Shown in pieces: positions 16,623-26,531 of a stretch of DNA of 64,000 nucleotides. The number at the start of each line of letters is the position of its first letter. The stretch's first letter is position 1. The stretch lies in IMG/VR virus record IMGVR_UViG_3300031963_000004, positions 1 through 64,000 of that record; one strand, given 5' to 3'. The notes under the pieces are model-generated. The model made no database searches. It saw nothing but the letters and a program-made list of their open reading frames with translations, and was not told the origin of the DNA. A program made the position numbers and the translations under genes.

Positions 16623-16972
16623 TAGTAACTTACCTTAACATACTGTATAATACCACTAGTGAATTGATAGATTGCAACTCTTACCCAAACATAGTTACCT
16701 TCTACGTTAGCGTATTTTGTTTCTGTTAACGCATTCGTTCTACCATCAACAATATGTGTATCAAAGAAATCAGCGTCGGTAGGGTCCTGAACTAGTGTAC
16801 CTTGGAACTTAAGTAAACCTTTGAAGTTAGTGAGTTTCCATGTAACTGTATGTACACTTTTACCAGTCAATACAAAACCTGCACCGGGTACTTTTTCCCC
16901 GAGCATGAAGGTTTTATTGACAAGACTGTGGTCTGTTTGTGGAAGTAAAAGTAAACTAGTTGAATAAGACAT
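16622..16972 (-). CDS. Hypothetical protein, probably virion-associated beta-sandwich
   Basis: ORF with GGAG RBS and upstream CATAAATA late motif; beta-strand-rich. Confidence 0.6.
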   Translation of the reverse strand: MSYSTSLLLLPQTDHSLVNKTFMLGEKVPGAGFVLTGKSVHTVTWKLTNFKGLLKFQGTLVQDPTDADFFDTHIVDGRTNALTETKYANVEGNYVWVRVAIYQFTSGIIQYVKVSY

Positions 16973-16994
16973 AAAAACTCCGTTAATAGAGTAT

Positions 16995-17162
16995 TTATGC
17001 TCGTATCACTTCAACTATGATGCTGTCACCGACTAGCTCCTGAGCAACTTGCTCTAGGGCTACTTTAATTTCTTCGCTTGCGATTGTTTGATTGTCTGTT
17101 TGGTTGTCTTTAGCAATCTTGCTGAACTTAACTACTAATACATCTTCTACTATTTTAGCCAT
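16995..17162 (-). CDS. Small hypothetical protein (55 aa)
   Basis: Manual translation MAKIVEDVLVVKFSKIAKDNQTDNQTIASEEIKVALEQVAQELVGDSIIVEVIRA; AGGAG RBS; below track cutoff. Confidence 0.75.
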   Translation of the reverse strand: MAKIVEDVLVVKFSKIAKDNQTDNQTIASEEIKVALEQVAQELVGDSIIVEVIRA

Positions 17163-17195
17163 AATAATCTCCTAAATATATGTATATTTAGTGTG

Positions 17196-17900
17196 TCAGA
17201 CTTTTTGCTGAATTTTATAGATTTTTCCTACGTAATCACCCATACTCAATCTCAGTAAGGTTTCATCCGACTCGTTATCATAATCTACGAAAAAAGCATT
17301 ACTACAATATCTATATCTCCAATAACGAATTTTCTTGTCTGTACCATTTAACCAAGTCTTTAGTGCCGAACAGGGGTAAAAAGTCGTGTTGTGTCTTTGA
17401 AAGAACTCAGCCATTTCATCGTGCATTTCTAAACTAATATTTTTTGCTCTTAGATATAGTCTAAATTTATGCTTTGGATTTTTTCTATATAGTGTATCCG
17501 GATTAGCTAATAAATTTACTCTTGTGTATTTTATTTTTGGATTGTTTAACTTACACAGAGTTTCTAGTTCGGCTAATTTTGACAAATCGTTACTGTACAC
17601 GGATCCTGTCTTATAATCAATTCGTACCATACAGTCAGGTCCATTATTAATAGTTTTCCAAATAGTAAAACTATCTAAAAAAGCCTTGTTACTAGGAAAA
17701 TGAACCTTATTTGCAGAAGTATCAACAGGTATAGAAATAAGAATTGTGTCCCGAACTCTATTTAATAGAACGTTTTCTAACTCTCTAACCGTTTTTGCAT
17801 ATCTAGTACAATGCAGTAACTCGGCAGTAAAACTAGCTTTGTATAGAAACTTATTAAAAAACAAAGTTTGCTTGTCTACTACCTTGAATACCTTATTCAA
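17196..17900 (-). CDS. Hypothetical protein (234 aa)
   Basis: Long ORF overlapping clpA stop; TTG start. Confidence 0.7.
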   Translation of the reverse strand: MNKVFKVVDKQTLFFNKFLYKASFTAELLHCTRYAKTVRELENVLLNRVRDTILISIPVDTSANKVHFPSNKAFLDSFTIWKTINNGPDCMVRIDYKTGSVYSNDLSKLAELETLCKLNNPKIKYTRVNLLANPDTLYRKNPKHKFRLYLRAKNISLEMHDEMAEFFQRHNTTFYPCSALKTWLNGTDKKIRYWRYRYCSNAFFVDYDNESDETLLRLSMGDYVGKIYKIQQKV

Positions 17901-20169
17901 TTGTAATCATCCCATCTGCGCCAACCTTAGCGACTACATTTCTTGTTACATTGAATTCTATTTTATTATCATCTCCCATCACTGCCATAACAGTGCTGTT
18001 CTTGATGTTTTCAAAAAGAATCTTTTTACCTAATGGGACACGAATCAACTCGTCAATTTTTCTTTGCAATGGTCTAGCACCCATTTTCTTATCATACCCA
18101 TGTTCAGCGAGATACTCAACGACTGGTTCTGATAGATTGAGATAAATGCTATGTGTGCTTCTTAAGTTACGGCGCAACTCATCAGCAAACTTAATAACAA
18201 TTTTCTTAATTGCTAGATGGTCAAGTTTGTTAAACTTACACACCATATCTAGACGGTTTCTAAATTCAGGCTTGAAGAATTCTTTCATTGCTCTATCATC
18301 TTCACCTGTCTTTTCTTGTGCACCAAAGCCAATATTATTTCTTTCACTGTCGCTTGCACCTAGATTACTAGTCATAATAACGATACAGTTTTTAGCGTTT
18401 GCCTCTTTACCGTTACTACCTGTAATTCTACCTTCGTCAAGTAATTGCAAAAATACGTCAAATACTTCCGGATGTGCTTTTTCAACTTCATCAAATAATA
18501 AAATTGAGTAAGGGTTTTGTTGAACGTCACTAATTAATTTACCACTGCCTGCGTTACCTTCACCATAACCAACATAGCCTGGAGGCGCACCGATGAATTT
18601 AGCAATAGCATGTTTCTCGCTATATTCACTCATATCATACTTGAGCAATTTCATGTCAAGGTTTTTACTGAGTAATCTAGCCAATTCAGTTTTACCTGTA
18701 CCAGTAGGTCCTAAAAATAGATAACTACCGATTGGTCTATTTTCATTGTTGATGCCAGCAAAGCTTACATAGATTCTTTCTAGAACCTTTTCTACTGTTT
18801 CATCCTGACCATATAGTTTATCTTTGATATTCTGTTCAAGGTTAGTAATTCTGTCACTATTTTCTTTATCATTCAATTTATCTGCTGGTACACCAGTCAT
18901 ACGTTCTACTTGCTCATGGACAAGTTGCTTAGTAATAAAGATACCTTTATTTTCTAACACTCGTTGCTTAGCACAAGCAGCATCAAGCAAATCAATTGAC
19001 TTATCTGGATTCTTACGGTCATGAATATATCGTTTAGCGCAATTAGCTGCTGCTTCAATTGCTTCATCCAAGATTTTTACATCATGGAAGTCATTTAATC
19101 TTTCACTTAAACCCTTAAGAATACGAATAGTTGTGTCATGATTAGGTTCATCGATGCTTACACGATAGAATCTACGCATCAATGCACGGTCTTTTTCAAA
19201 ACTCTCGTAGAATTCTTCCCAGGTTGTACTTGCAATTACTTTTAATGTACCTTTTGTAATTGCAGGCTTAATCATATTAGCAAAATCTACTGCACCATTT
19301 GTAGCACTACCTGCCTTCATTGTATGTGCTTCGTCAATGAACAGAATAGCTTTCTTTTTTGTATTCAATGCTTGGATAACATGTTTAATCTTTTCTTCAA
19401 AGTCACCGCGATACTTTGAACCTGCAAGCAATGATCCAATTTCTAATGAGAATACTTCATGATCTAGTAAGAATTCTGGCACGACACTATCTACAATCAT
19501 TTGTGCAAGACCTTCGGCGATAGCAGTCTTACCAACACCAGGGTCACCAACCATTAATACATTAGATTTAAACTTCTTAGCCAACACATTGATAATATCA
19601 TCAAGTTCATTGCTACGACCAATCAATGGTTCAATCTTGCCTTCTTTGGCTAATTTAGTAAGATTAGTAGTGTGTTCTTCTAATATTTCGTCGGCTTGTG
19701 AATCTGTCAGTCCACCTACATACTCTCCACCCTTATAATGTTTCTGCCAGAAAGGGACGAATTCGTTTTTAACAACTCCGTATTTCAATAAGAAATAGTG
19801 AGCATGACTATTTGTTTCAGCAAGAATACTTAGGTACAGGTCAATTGTAGTTACTGTTTTTCTACCAGTAAATAGAACCTGTGTGACACTTCGGTTAATA
19901 ACTCTTTCTAAACTATTTGTTTTTCTAGGAGTAACTTCTTCACCCTGATCTACGTTAACCTGTATTACTCGCAGACTATCCAAATAATCCGAAATTTCTT
20001 TTGTTAGATTTTCGGTATCTACATTGAATTGTCCTAAACATTTCTGAAATGGCACATGTTTAATCAAAGCCAATAGTAAATGCTCAACAGTACAATACTG
20101 ATGGCTACGATTTTTGGCAAAAGTAATTGCTTGCTCAATAATTGCTTCGATTTCTACAGAGTTGTTCAC
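17893..20169 (-). CDS. clpA: ATP-dependent Clp protease ATP-binding subunit, ClpA-like
   Basis: Clp N-domain, two AAA+ modules (GDPGVGKT/LFIDEAH; GPTGTGKT/LLFDEVEK), IGF loop (NNIGFG), GARPL, no middle domain. Confidence 0.92.
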   Translation of the reverse strand: MNNSVEIEAIIEQAITFAKNRSHQYCTVEHLLLALIKHVPFQKCLGQFNVDTENLTKEISDYLDSLRVIQVNVDQGEEVTPRKTNSLERVINRSVTQVLFTGRKTVTTIDLYLSILAETNSHAHYFLLKYGVVKNEFVPFWQKHYKGGEYVGGLTDSQADEILEEHTTNLTKLAKEGKIEPLIGRSNELDDIINVLAKKFKSNVLMVGDPGVGKTAIAEGLAQMIVDSVVPEFLLDHEVFSLEIGSLLAGSKYRGDFEEKIKHVIQALNTKKKAILFIDEAHTMKAGSATNGAVDFANMIKPAITKGTLKVIASTTWEEFYESFEKDRALMRRFYRVSIDEPNHDTTIRILKGLSERLNDFHDVKILDEAIEAAANCAKRYIHDRKNPDKSIDLLDAACAKQRVLENKGIFITKQLVHEQVERMTGVPADKLNDKENSDRITNLEQNIKDKLYGQDETVEKVLERIYVSFAGINNENRPIGSYLFLGPTGTGKTELARLLSKNLDMKLLKYDMSEYSEKHAIAKFIGAPPGYVGYGEGNAGSGKLISDVQQNPYSILLFDEVEKAHPEVFDVFLQLLDEGRITGSNGKEANAKNCIVIMTSNLGASDSERNNIGFGAQEKTGEDDRAMKEFFKPEFRNRLDMVCKFNKLDHLAIKKIVIKFADELRRNLRSTHSIYLNLSEPVVEYLAEHGYDKKMGARPLQRKIDELIRVPLGKKILFENIKNSTVMAVMGDDNKIEFNVTRNVVAKVGADGMITIE

Positions 20170-20179
20170 TTATTTTTCC

Positions 20180-20989
20180 TTAGTATTTGTTGCGTGTTCT
20201 TAAAATTGCTTCTACCACTTCACTGTCTATACTATCAGGCATTACAGGTTTTAGCAAGATATATTGGTCGCCTGTACGATAATCTCTTGTTAATCCTTGA
20301 TTTGGTATTCGTAAACTAGTATTTGGCTGACTGTATGCTTTAACCGAAACTTCTAACGTTTTACCAGCGAGTGTTTCAAATTTGAAACTAGTTCCTACTA
20401 TTAAATCCAAAACACTAATTTCATGTTCGGAATGTAAATCTAACCCGTCTCGTTGAAATCGACCGTGTTGATGTACACGGAACTCTACAATTAAGATACC
20501 ATCCTGTAATAGATTTTCGTATCGTAATTGCATACCATTATCAACCCCCTTTGGAATATCAATTTTGATTACTTGATTACCGTCTATTGTCTGTAACTGT
20601 AATGTTTGTTCACCGCCATTTAAAACTTGTTCTAGTGTTACCCATACTGTAGTTTTATAAGTGTTTTGCATATGTCTGTGACCAAACATTTGACCGAATA
20701 TATCGTCAATGTTTATGCCGCCACCTGCAGTGAATGTAAATCCACCTGGGAAACCATGCATACCTGGTTGATTAAATCCACCTGGGAAACCTTGAGGGCC
20801 ACGTGGCATGTCATACTCACGCTTTTTTTGTGGGTCACTTAATGTTTCGTATGCTTGTTGTATTTTTTGAAACTGAGCAGTGTCACCACCCTTATCTGGG
20901 TGATGAACACTAGCTAGTTTTCTATAGGCTTGTTTTATTTCTTCGGGTGTTGCATTGCGCTGAACACCTAGTATATTGTAATGATCCAT
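20180..20989 (-). CDS. dnaJ: DnaJ-class molecular chaperone (no Zn finger; CbpA-like)
   Basis: J-domain with HPD (HHPDKGG), G/F-rich linker, C-terminal domain; no CxxCxGxG repeats. Confidence 0.9.
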   Translation of the reverse strand: MDHYNILGVQRNATPEEIKQAYRKLASVHHPDKGGDTAQFQKIQQAYETLSDPQKKREYDMPRGPQGFPGGFNQPGMHGFPGGFTFTAGGGINIDDIFGQMFGHRHMQNTYKTTVWVTLEQVLNGGEQTLQLQTIDGNQVIKIDIPKGVDNGMQLRYENLLQDGILIVEFRVHQHGRFQRDGLDLHSEHEISVLDLIVGTSFKFETLAGKTLEVSVKAYSQPNTSLRIPNQGLTRDYRTGDQYILLKPVMPDSIDSEVVEAILRTRNKY

Positions 20990-20994
20990 AATTG

Positions 20995-21022
20995 ATTATA
21001 TCATAAAAATGTTAATAATCAA
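20995..21022 (-). promoter_or_regulatory. Sigma70-like promoter (extended -10) for dnaJ
   Basis: TGaTATAAT, 5 nt before ATG; TTGATT 16 nt upstream; CATAAATA late motif at 21024-21031 in tandem. Confidence 0.55.
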
Positions 21023-21035
21023 ATATTTATGGCAA

Positions 21036-21542
21036 TCAACTTGCTCCTGCTACTTTTTCTTTTGTGCGACCATAAGCAGCGATACCCAATACAGCACCCA
21101 TTGCGATGTGGTATAGACCAGCACCTTGTAACGTTAATGGTTGCCATTGACTTGTAACTTGACCACCTTGTAGTGTTTGTAATATACTCCATAAAACTGG
21201 GAATAGAACAAAGTCAGAAGTACATGTTGCCATGTATACCCAACCCATAACTGGACGCCATTTCTTATTGATCCAATCTGTGTTGTCGTTCTTTACAAAG
21301 TCTGCACCTTGTGCAGCATTTTCACCTGCTTGTGTATTATACATTGGTTGTGGTGCTGAAGTTTGTTGTGACATTTGTGGCGCTCCTTGTGTTATTGTTG
21401 TTGGTGTAGGTGCGGGTGCAGCAGCGAATGAACTTGCTGCTGGTGCTGCACTAAAGGACGATTCACTTGCTGCTGGTGTATTATCTCCGCCACCAAATGG
21501 GTTATCTCCGTTAGCTTTTTTTGCGAATAGTGTTGTTGGCAT
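21036..21542 (-). CDS. Holin-like protein (GTA 3TM holin family) with low-complexity N-terminus
   Basis: KWRPVMGWVY..DFVLFPVLW..WQPLTL..MGAVLGIAAYGRTKEK pattern. Confidence 0.6.
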   Translation of the reverse strand: MPTTLFAKKANGDNPFGGGDNTPAASESSFSAAPAASSFAAAPAPTPTTITQGAPQMSQQTSAPQPMYNTQAGENAAQGADFVKNDNTDWINKKWRPVMGWVYMATCTSDFVLFPVLWSILQTLQGGQVTSQWQPLTLQGAGLYHIAMGAVLGIAAYGRTKEKVAGAS

Positions 21543-21557
21543 TTTAGCTCCTTAAAA

Positions 21558-22097
21558 TTATAATCCAGCCAATGATTTGAAATGTTTGATATCCTTGTCT
21601 TGCTCGTCAAATATCTTATGTGGTTGTACACCACTTAATTCTCTCATTTCATTTAGCTCTGTTTCTTTTAATTTTCTGTAATCACTAGGTGACAGAATAA
21701 TTTTTTGTTTTAATACTTCAGGATCAGCTTCGTAATCCTCATCTTCAATCTTAATTGTCCAATCTTTTAACTTAAGTCCAGTTAATGTTTCTAAATCTGT
21801 TAATAATTCAATGATGCGTTCAGGCACTTTAGTTCTACGTGTCATTTCAACAAAGACTACATATTTACCTATATCAATTTCACCATCACTTATTTCAGCA
21901 TCATGTACGAAATCATACCCACGCTCAAACCAATCTACTAAATCGTTAGCAGCTTGTTCACCTCTAACAGTAAATGATACTGTAACTATATCTTCATCCT
22001 TACCTGACTTTGCTGAATACTCGTCTACTGTAACCGTAGAAGAAATAATATTTTCAAAGTCCATATAATCTAGACCTTCGTTAATTATACGATTCAT
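21558..22097 (-). CDS. Hypothetical protein (179 aa)
   Basis: Acidic ORF, coupled to upstream gene. Confidence 0.75.
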   Translation of the reverse strand: MNRIINEGLDYMDFENIISSTVTVDEYSAKSGKDEDIVTVSFTVRGEQAANDLVDWFERGYDFVHDAEISDGEIDIGKYVVFVEMTRRTKVPERIIELLTDLETLTGLKLKDWTIKIEDEDYEADPEVLKQKIILSPSDYRKLKETELNEMRELSGVQPHKIFDEQDKDIKHFKSLAGL

Positions 22098-22714
22098 TAC
22101 ATTGCTCCTGGGGGTGCTGGAGGCATTCCTGGCGCCGGCATCGGTGCTCCCATACCTGGCATAGGCTGCATTTGATCTTGTGGTGCTGATTCCTGTTCAG
22201 ATTCTTTATCATAATCTTTTTCGTAAGCATCATCTAACTCATCCAAATCAATAGTTTGACCTGCTAAGTCAATGCTTCCCTCACGAATGTCATTCATCAA
22301 CTGTTTTGGTATTTCTATATGCACTAACCAAATCTGTTTCTCTGTTGATTTAGGAAAATGACCACCGGGCATAAAGTCACCTGGGGTTTGTATTTCAATA
22401 GGAACTGTAATTTTAGTCTTTTTGAATTTAATATTGCATCCCACAGATATTAATCTCTTCCCTGCTCTAGGATCAGGCATAAGTTTATAAGGATACATAA
22501 AGACGCAGGTTACTGTATATTTCTTAATCTCTGGACCTGATACTAGTTCACCCAAATCCCAGTTCTTGAAAGCATACATGTCTGCTTCGTCTAATACACG
22601 CTCAAAGTCCAACAATGTGGCGATACTAGCGTCACTGGTGAAAATTCCCTTAATATTGTCTATAATACCAGGGTAGTCTATGTGGTCAAAAAAATCGTTA
22701 GCTGGAGTACTCAT
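22097..22714 (-). CDS. Hypothetical protein (205 aa), Pro/Met-rich tail
   Basis: ORF with GATAAATA motif 5 nt before ATG. Confidence 0.75.
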   Translation of the reverse strand: MSTPANDFFDHIDYPGIIDNIKGIFTSDASIATLLDFERVLDEADMYAFKNWDLGELVSGPEIKKYTVTCVFMYPYKLMPDPRAGKRLISVGCNIKFKKTKITVPIEIQTPGDFMPGGHFPKSTEKQIWLVHIEIPKQLMNDIREGSIDLAGQTIDLDELDDAYEKDYDKESEQESAPQDQMQPMPGMGAPMPAPGMPPAPPGAM

Positions 22715-22719
22715 ATCAG

Positions 22720-22727
22720 TATTTATC
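22720..22727 (-). promoter_or_regulatory. T4-late-like promoter
   Basis: GATAAATA 5 nt before ATG 22714. Confidence 0.6.
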
Positions 22728-22884
22728 TTTGGCCTGCAATATGAGTATAATTGAAAAGTTACTGGACAGCTTAATATTTATCAGCATAATCTAGCTTAAA
22801 ACTACGCTATTTTACAGCAAACGCCTTAGGGTAAATAAAAGTGAAGGATGTCTAATCTTTCGTAAAATTATAGGAGATTTCAAC

Positions 22885-23655
22885 TTGAGTAAAAGAAAGA
22901 CCGGAGCACTACGCAACAGTGATCCTAAATTTTCAAATAAAAAAGAGTATCAAACATTCTACACACAGAACTCAAACACAATTCCTTTTGAAACAAATAG
23001 GCCCAAACTCAATAATAGGGTTATCCAATTAGTACCAAAATCAGTCAATCAAGAAAAATATATACTAGCATTACTAGATCCGGAAATAGACATAGTTATA
23101 GCAAGTGGACCAGCTGGCACGGGTAAAACATACCTAGCTATGCAGGCTGCATTGAAAGCTATGCGTGAAGGATCATGTAAGAAAATAATATTATCTAGAC
23201 CGGCTGTAGGCGTTGAAGATGAAAAGCATGGATTTTTACCCGGTGATATTAATCAAAAAATGGAACCATGGACAAGACCATTGCTTGATGTAGTCAAAGA
23301 ATACTACACTGCAAAAGATATAAGTTATATGCTAGACGAACAAATTATTGAAATTGCTCCACTAGCTTTTTGTAGGGGTAGAAACTTTAAACATAGTTGG
23401 GTAATACTAGATGAGGCTCAAAATTGTACTCCTAGTCAATTAAAAATGATTATGACAAGAATCGGAGAAGGAAGCAAGATAATAATAACAGGTGATGTTG
23501 AACAAGCCGATAGAAAAACAAATGATAACGGACTATTGGACTTGCAGAAAAGACTAAAGACTGCACATGTGCCTGGATTAGAAATTTGTAACTTCGAGGT
23601 GAAAGATGTCCAACGACATCAAATCATTGAATACATTTTAAAAATGTATCAATAA
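22885..23655 (+). CDS. phoH: PhoH-like ATPase
   Basis: GPAGTGKT, LSRPAV, RGRNF, ILDEAQN, MTRIGEGSK, TGDVEQAD; TTG start with AGGAG RBS. Confidence 0.93.
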   Translation: MSKRKTGALRNSDPKFSNKKEYQTFYTQNSNTIPFETNRPKLNNRVIQLVPKSVNQEKYILALLDPEIDIVIASGPAGTGKTYLAMQAALKAMREGSCKKIILSRPAVGVEDEKHGFLPGDINQKMEPWTRPLLDVVKEYYTAKDISYMLDEQIIEIAPLAFCRGRNFKHSWVILDEAQNCTPSQLKMIMTRIGEGSKIIITGDVEQADRKTNDNGLLDLQKRLKTAHVPGLEICNFEVKDVQRHQIIEYILKMYQ

Positions 23656-23681
23656 AAAGAGGGGATTAATTCCCCTCTTTT
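23654..23681. terminator. Bidirectional rho-independent terminator
   Basis: AAAAGAGGGGA-TTAAT-TCCCCTCTTTT between convergent genes. Confidence 0.85.
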
Positions 23682-23971
23682 ACTTCTACAAACTCGGCAT
23701 CTTCTACAAGTTTAGGGGATTCCCATCCATTTAATTGGTCAAGGTCTTCAAATAACTTTGGATATATTGGTCTATAATAAGTATCTAATCTATCCCAATC
23801 TTTATCCATTACTTGACCATCAACAAAACATCTTTCAATTTTTCTATATCTAAAATCAAAAATAATATTCGCTGTGGCAAGTGCATTACTATTTAAATTA
23901 TTTCGCACTGATGCCTGTTCATCAACCTTGCCGTTGCGCTGTTTGTAAAATGTAATTAATAAGTATCTCAA
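23666..23971 (-). CDS. Hypothetical protein (~101 aa)
   Basis: Likely TTG start at 23971 overlapping clamp-loader stop (track start 24004 lies inside that gene). Confidence 0.65.
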   Translation of the reverse strand: MRYLLITFYKQRNGKVDEQASVRNNLNSNALATANIIFDFRYRKIERCFVDGQVMDKDWDRLDTYYRPIYPKLFEDLDQLNGWESPKLVEDAEFVEVKEGN

Positions 23972-24891
23972 TTTGTTAACTCCGCTAGAGTTGCTGCTAA
24001 ACATATTTCTGGTATGCCAACTAGTGATAAGTTAGCAAGACCATTTCGTATAATAATGATTGCTCTGTCTTTCTGTTCGTTTGATTCGCCCCATAATGAC
24101 AGATTGTTGTACATCCATTTGTAAGTATCTTCAATTCTAGTTGGATGACTTTGTAGATAGTGCATCAACTGTTGTCTACCCTCTAATACTTTTCCTTGTT
24201 TAAATAATGTAGCTGCGTCAACAAGCAAATCATTTTCACTTACACCTACACTAGCATAGGGCAATAGTTTACCTGTACTACTGTTCACTTGCAATTGATT
24301 TAGACATTTACGTAAATCAGGGTAAGATACACGAACATAGTTGTCTAATTCTTCAATATCAAACTCTACATTTTCACTAAGCAGTACTGTTGCTGCACGT
24401 GCCGTAAATTCCGAATGATCTGTTTTACTAATATGAAATTCGTGACAACGACTTTTTAATGCAGGAATAATCTTGTGCTGATAGTTACAAGTCAGTACGA
24501 ATCTAACAGTTTGATGATATGCTTCCATATCATTACGCAATGCTGCTTGACCTGCAGGGGTCAGATAATCAGCCTCATCTAACAACACAATTTTGTATTT
24601 ACCAAAGGGCATCGTTTGCACAAAGCCGATGATTTTATTTCTAACTACATCAACACTATTTTCACGACTAGCATTGATTTCTAGTACATCATAGGTTTCG
24701 ATTTCAAGTTCGTTGATAAGAACTTTAGCAAGTGTTGTTTTACCTGTACCAGGATCGCCACTTAGTAACAAGTGAGGTATACTACCTTCTTGTACCCAGC
24801 CCTCTACTTGATGCTTTTGTCTTTCATCAGCAAAGACATATTCTTCAAGACTTTTAGGTCTGTATTTTTCTACCCAAAGTTGATTCTTCAT
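23968..24891 (-). CDS. Sliding clamp loader subunit (RFC small subunit / T4 gp44-like)
   Basis: LWVEKYRP, GDPGTGKT, EINAS, LLDEAD, SRC motif (ALKSRC), DLRKCLNQLQ. Confidence 0.92.
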   Translation of the reverse strand: MKNQLWVEKYRPKSLEEYVFADERQKHQVEGWVQEGSIPHLLLSGDPGTGKTTLAKVLINELEIETYDVLEINASRENSVDVVRNKIIGFVQTMPFGKYKIVLLDEADYLTPAGQAALRNDMEAYHQTVRFVLTCNYQHKIIPALKSRCHEFHISKTDHSEFTARAATVLLSENVEFDIEELDNYVRVSYPDLRKCLNQLQVNSSTGKLLPYASVGVSENDLLVDAATLFKQGKVLEGRQQLMHYLQSHPTRIEDTYKWMYNNLSLWGESNEQKDRAIIIIRNGLANLSLVGIPEICLAATLAELTN

Positions 24892-25217
24892 TTTTTCAAC
24901 ATTTCTAATGTGATTATTTTACCCAATGCATCTCCTAAATCTTCTCCGCTAGGTATAATATGCAAAACTTTTCTAGGATAGTTAACTTGTATTGAACTAG
25001 GGTTATAGTCATTCATAGTCATTTCTAAAACATGACCACCTGTTGCAGGGTACAATGTAAAATTTAATGATGATGTTTCAATACTTCTTGTGCTATACAC
25101 TTTGCTGCTACTAATAGCTTGCCCATATTGGGGTTCAACCTCATCTCTTTCTACCTGTGCGCTGTTCCATGCTTCTATAGACCATTGCTTAAATTTTTTC
25201 TTTAACCATTTCTTCAT
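24888..25217 (-). CDS. Hypothetical protein (109 aa)
   Basis: ORF overlapping clamp-loader start (ATGA). Confidence 0.7.
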   Translation of the reverse strand: MKKWLKKKFKQWSIEAWNSAQVERDEVEPQYGQAISSSKVYSTRSIETSSLNFTLYPATGGHVLEMTMNDYNPSSIQVNYPRKVLHIIPSGEDLGDALGKIITLEMLKK

Positions 25218-25579
25218 TAGATGACCTTATTGCTCATAGTTTCGTCTTGTACAGGAGTATCGCTAATTAATAGAATATCATTTGGGTCTACTCTACGAAT
25301 AGTTTTTTCTCCCTGCTCATCTTCTATTTTAATACCTCTGCTCCAACGACCGTGAGCAATTAGGATATATTGACCAATTTTTACTGATTCTTGTTCTGGA
25401 CCTATAGCATATACTTTAGCCCATCTTGGTCTGATACCAGAATTTTTCATATCATCATTTGGAATAATGATGCCACTATGTGTGATTCTTTCATCAAAGA
25501 CCATATCGGATACGATAATGTTATCTCGTATGGCTCTAAGTTCAGTTACTTTATGAGGTTGGTAAGCAAATTCTTCCAT
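25217..25579 (-). CDS. groES: GroES-like co-chaperonin
   Basis: LRAIRDNIIV, THSGIIIP mobile loop, KVYAIGP, VKIGQYIL, DILLI. Confidence 0.8.
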   Translation of the reverse strand: MEEFAYQPHKVTELRAIRDNIIVSDMVFDERITHSGIIIPNDDMKNSGIRPRWAKVYAIGPEQESVKIGQYILIAHGRWSRGIKIEDEQGEKTIRRVDPNDILLISDTPVQDETMSNKVI

Positions 25580-25585
25580 AATTGA

Positions 25586-25614
25586 ATTATATAATTAAAA
25601 AGTTAAATTGTAAA
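25586..25614 (-). promoter_or_regulatory. Sigma70-like promoter for groES-clamp loader operon
   Basis: TTTACA-17 nt-TATAAT, 6 nt before ATG. Confidence 0.7.
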
Positions 25615-25623
25615 GCTTTTTGG

Positions 25624-25980
25624 TTACTGTTTATCAGTATCTTGATCCGCATCTTCTTCAAGTTGTTCGAATTGTCTTTCTAGTTCGGTCAACTCATTTA
25701 AGTCAATGTTTGTTGGTGGGGGCGCAACTGGCTCCATTGGAGCAGCTACTGGTTGTGCAGCAACAGCAGGTGTAATATCATTTATCATTGTTCTGGATAT
25801 AGTTTTGTTGTAAACTCTGTTAATTCTTTCATTACCATTATCTACAACTCTGTTTGATGGATCCAAAACATCACCCCTAGCATTAACGTTCATGTTACCC
25901 ACTGCTCTTACATTTTCATTTTTAGCTGCTAATGATGACATATCTAGTTGTCTGCCCATTGCTGTATATTGTTTGCTCAT
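25624..25980 (-). CDS. Hypothetical protein (118 aa)
   Basis: AGGAG RBS; VRAVGNMNVNARGD motif. Confidence 0.75.
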   Translation of the reverse strand: MSKQYTAMGRQLDMSSLAAKNENVRAVGNMNVNARGDVLDPSNRVVDNGNERINRVYNKTISRTMINDITPAVAAQPVAAPMEPVAPPPTNIDLNELTELERQFEQLEEDADQDTDKQ

Positions 25981-26018
25981 GATGATTCTCCTATTGCTAT
26001 ATTTAATAAGAATATTAT

Positions 26019-26525
26019 TTATTTTAAAAATTCGTCTATGGGCAGATCATAGTAGAGAGAATTTATCTTATGTACTCCTAGTAAATATAAGACAAAGCTA
26101 GCTACACTACTGCCCCTACCCACTCCCCAAACTACTTTATGTTTACGCATTGTGTCTACAAGATATTTTAAGTACCTAAGCAACATGAACATATCTCGTT
26201 CCTGATATAGTATTAACTCTTCTCCGGCACGTTGTAATTCTGCTTGGTCTTTACATTGATCTAGAATAAATTTAGCTATGTCAAAGTCTTTGTATTCTTC
26301 GGGCATAAACCAAACGTTCTGGTTTTGTCTGTCAAATTCTGATATATCTATTTGTGGATCAATGTACTGAATAAGATTTGGTAAATTCTTTATTTCCAAA
26401 TCTTCTGGAAAGATTATATTGTTCTCTACTACTGCGTGTTTAATGGAAACGTTAGCGTCAGACATATACAGTTCGCATACGTCATCCTCAGATAATATTT
26501 GATTGCCATAAATGTCGTTTCGCAT
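26019..26525 (-). CDS. DNA polymerase III alpha (DnaE)-like fragment, 168 aa
   Basis: WGVGRGSSVASFVLYLLGVHKINSLYYDLPIDEFLK matches DnaE [35 protein letters not shown]; ends before the PDxDxD motif. Confidence 0.75.
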   Translation of the reverse strand: MRNDIYGNQILSEDDVCELYMSDANVSIKHAVVENNIIFPEDLEIKNLPNLIQYIDPQIDISEFDRQNQNVWFMPEEYKDFDIAKFILDQCKDQAELQRAGEELILYQERDMFMLLRYLKYLVDTMRKHKVVWGVGRGSSVASFVLYLLGVHKINSLYYDLPIDEFLK

Positions 26526-26531
26526 CTAACA

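Noticed and set aside
26019-26525. DnaE fragment as a decayed pseudogene or split-intein half
   Set aside because: Clean ORF with its own promoter, no adjacent remnant, and no intein N-terminal (C/S-start) block after the break.
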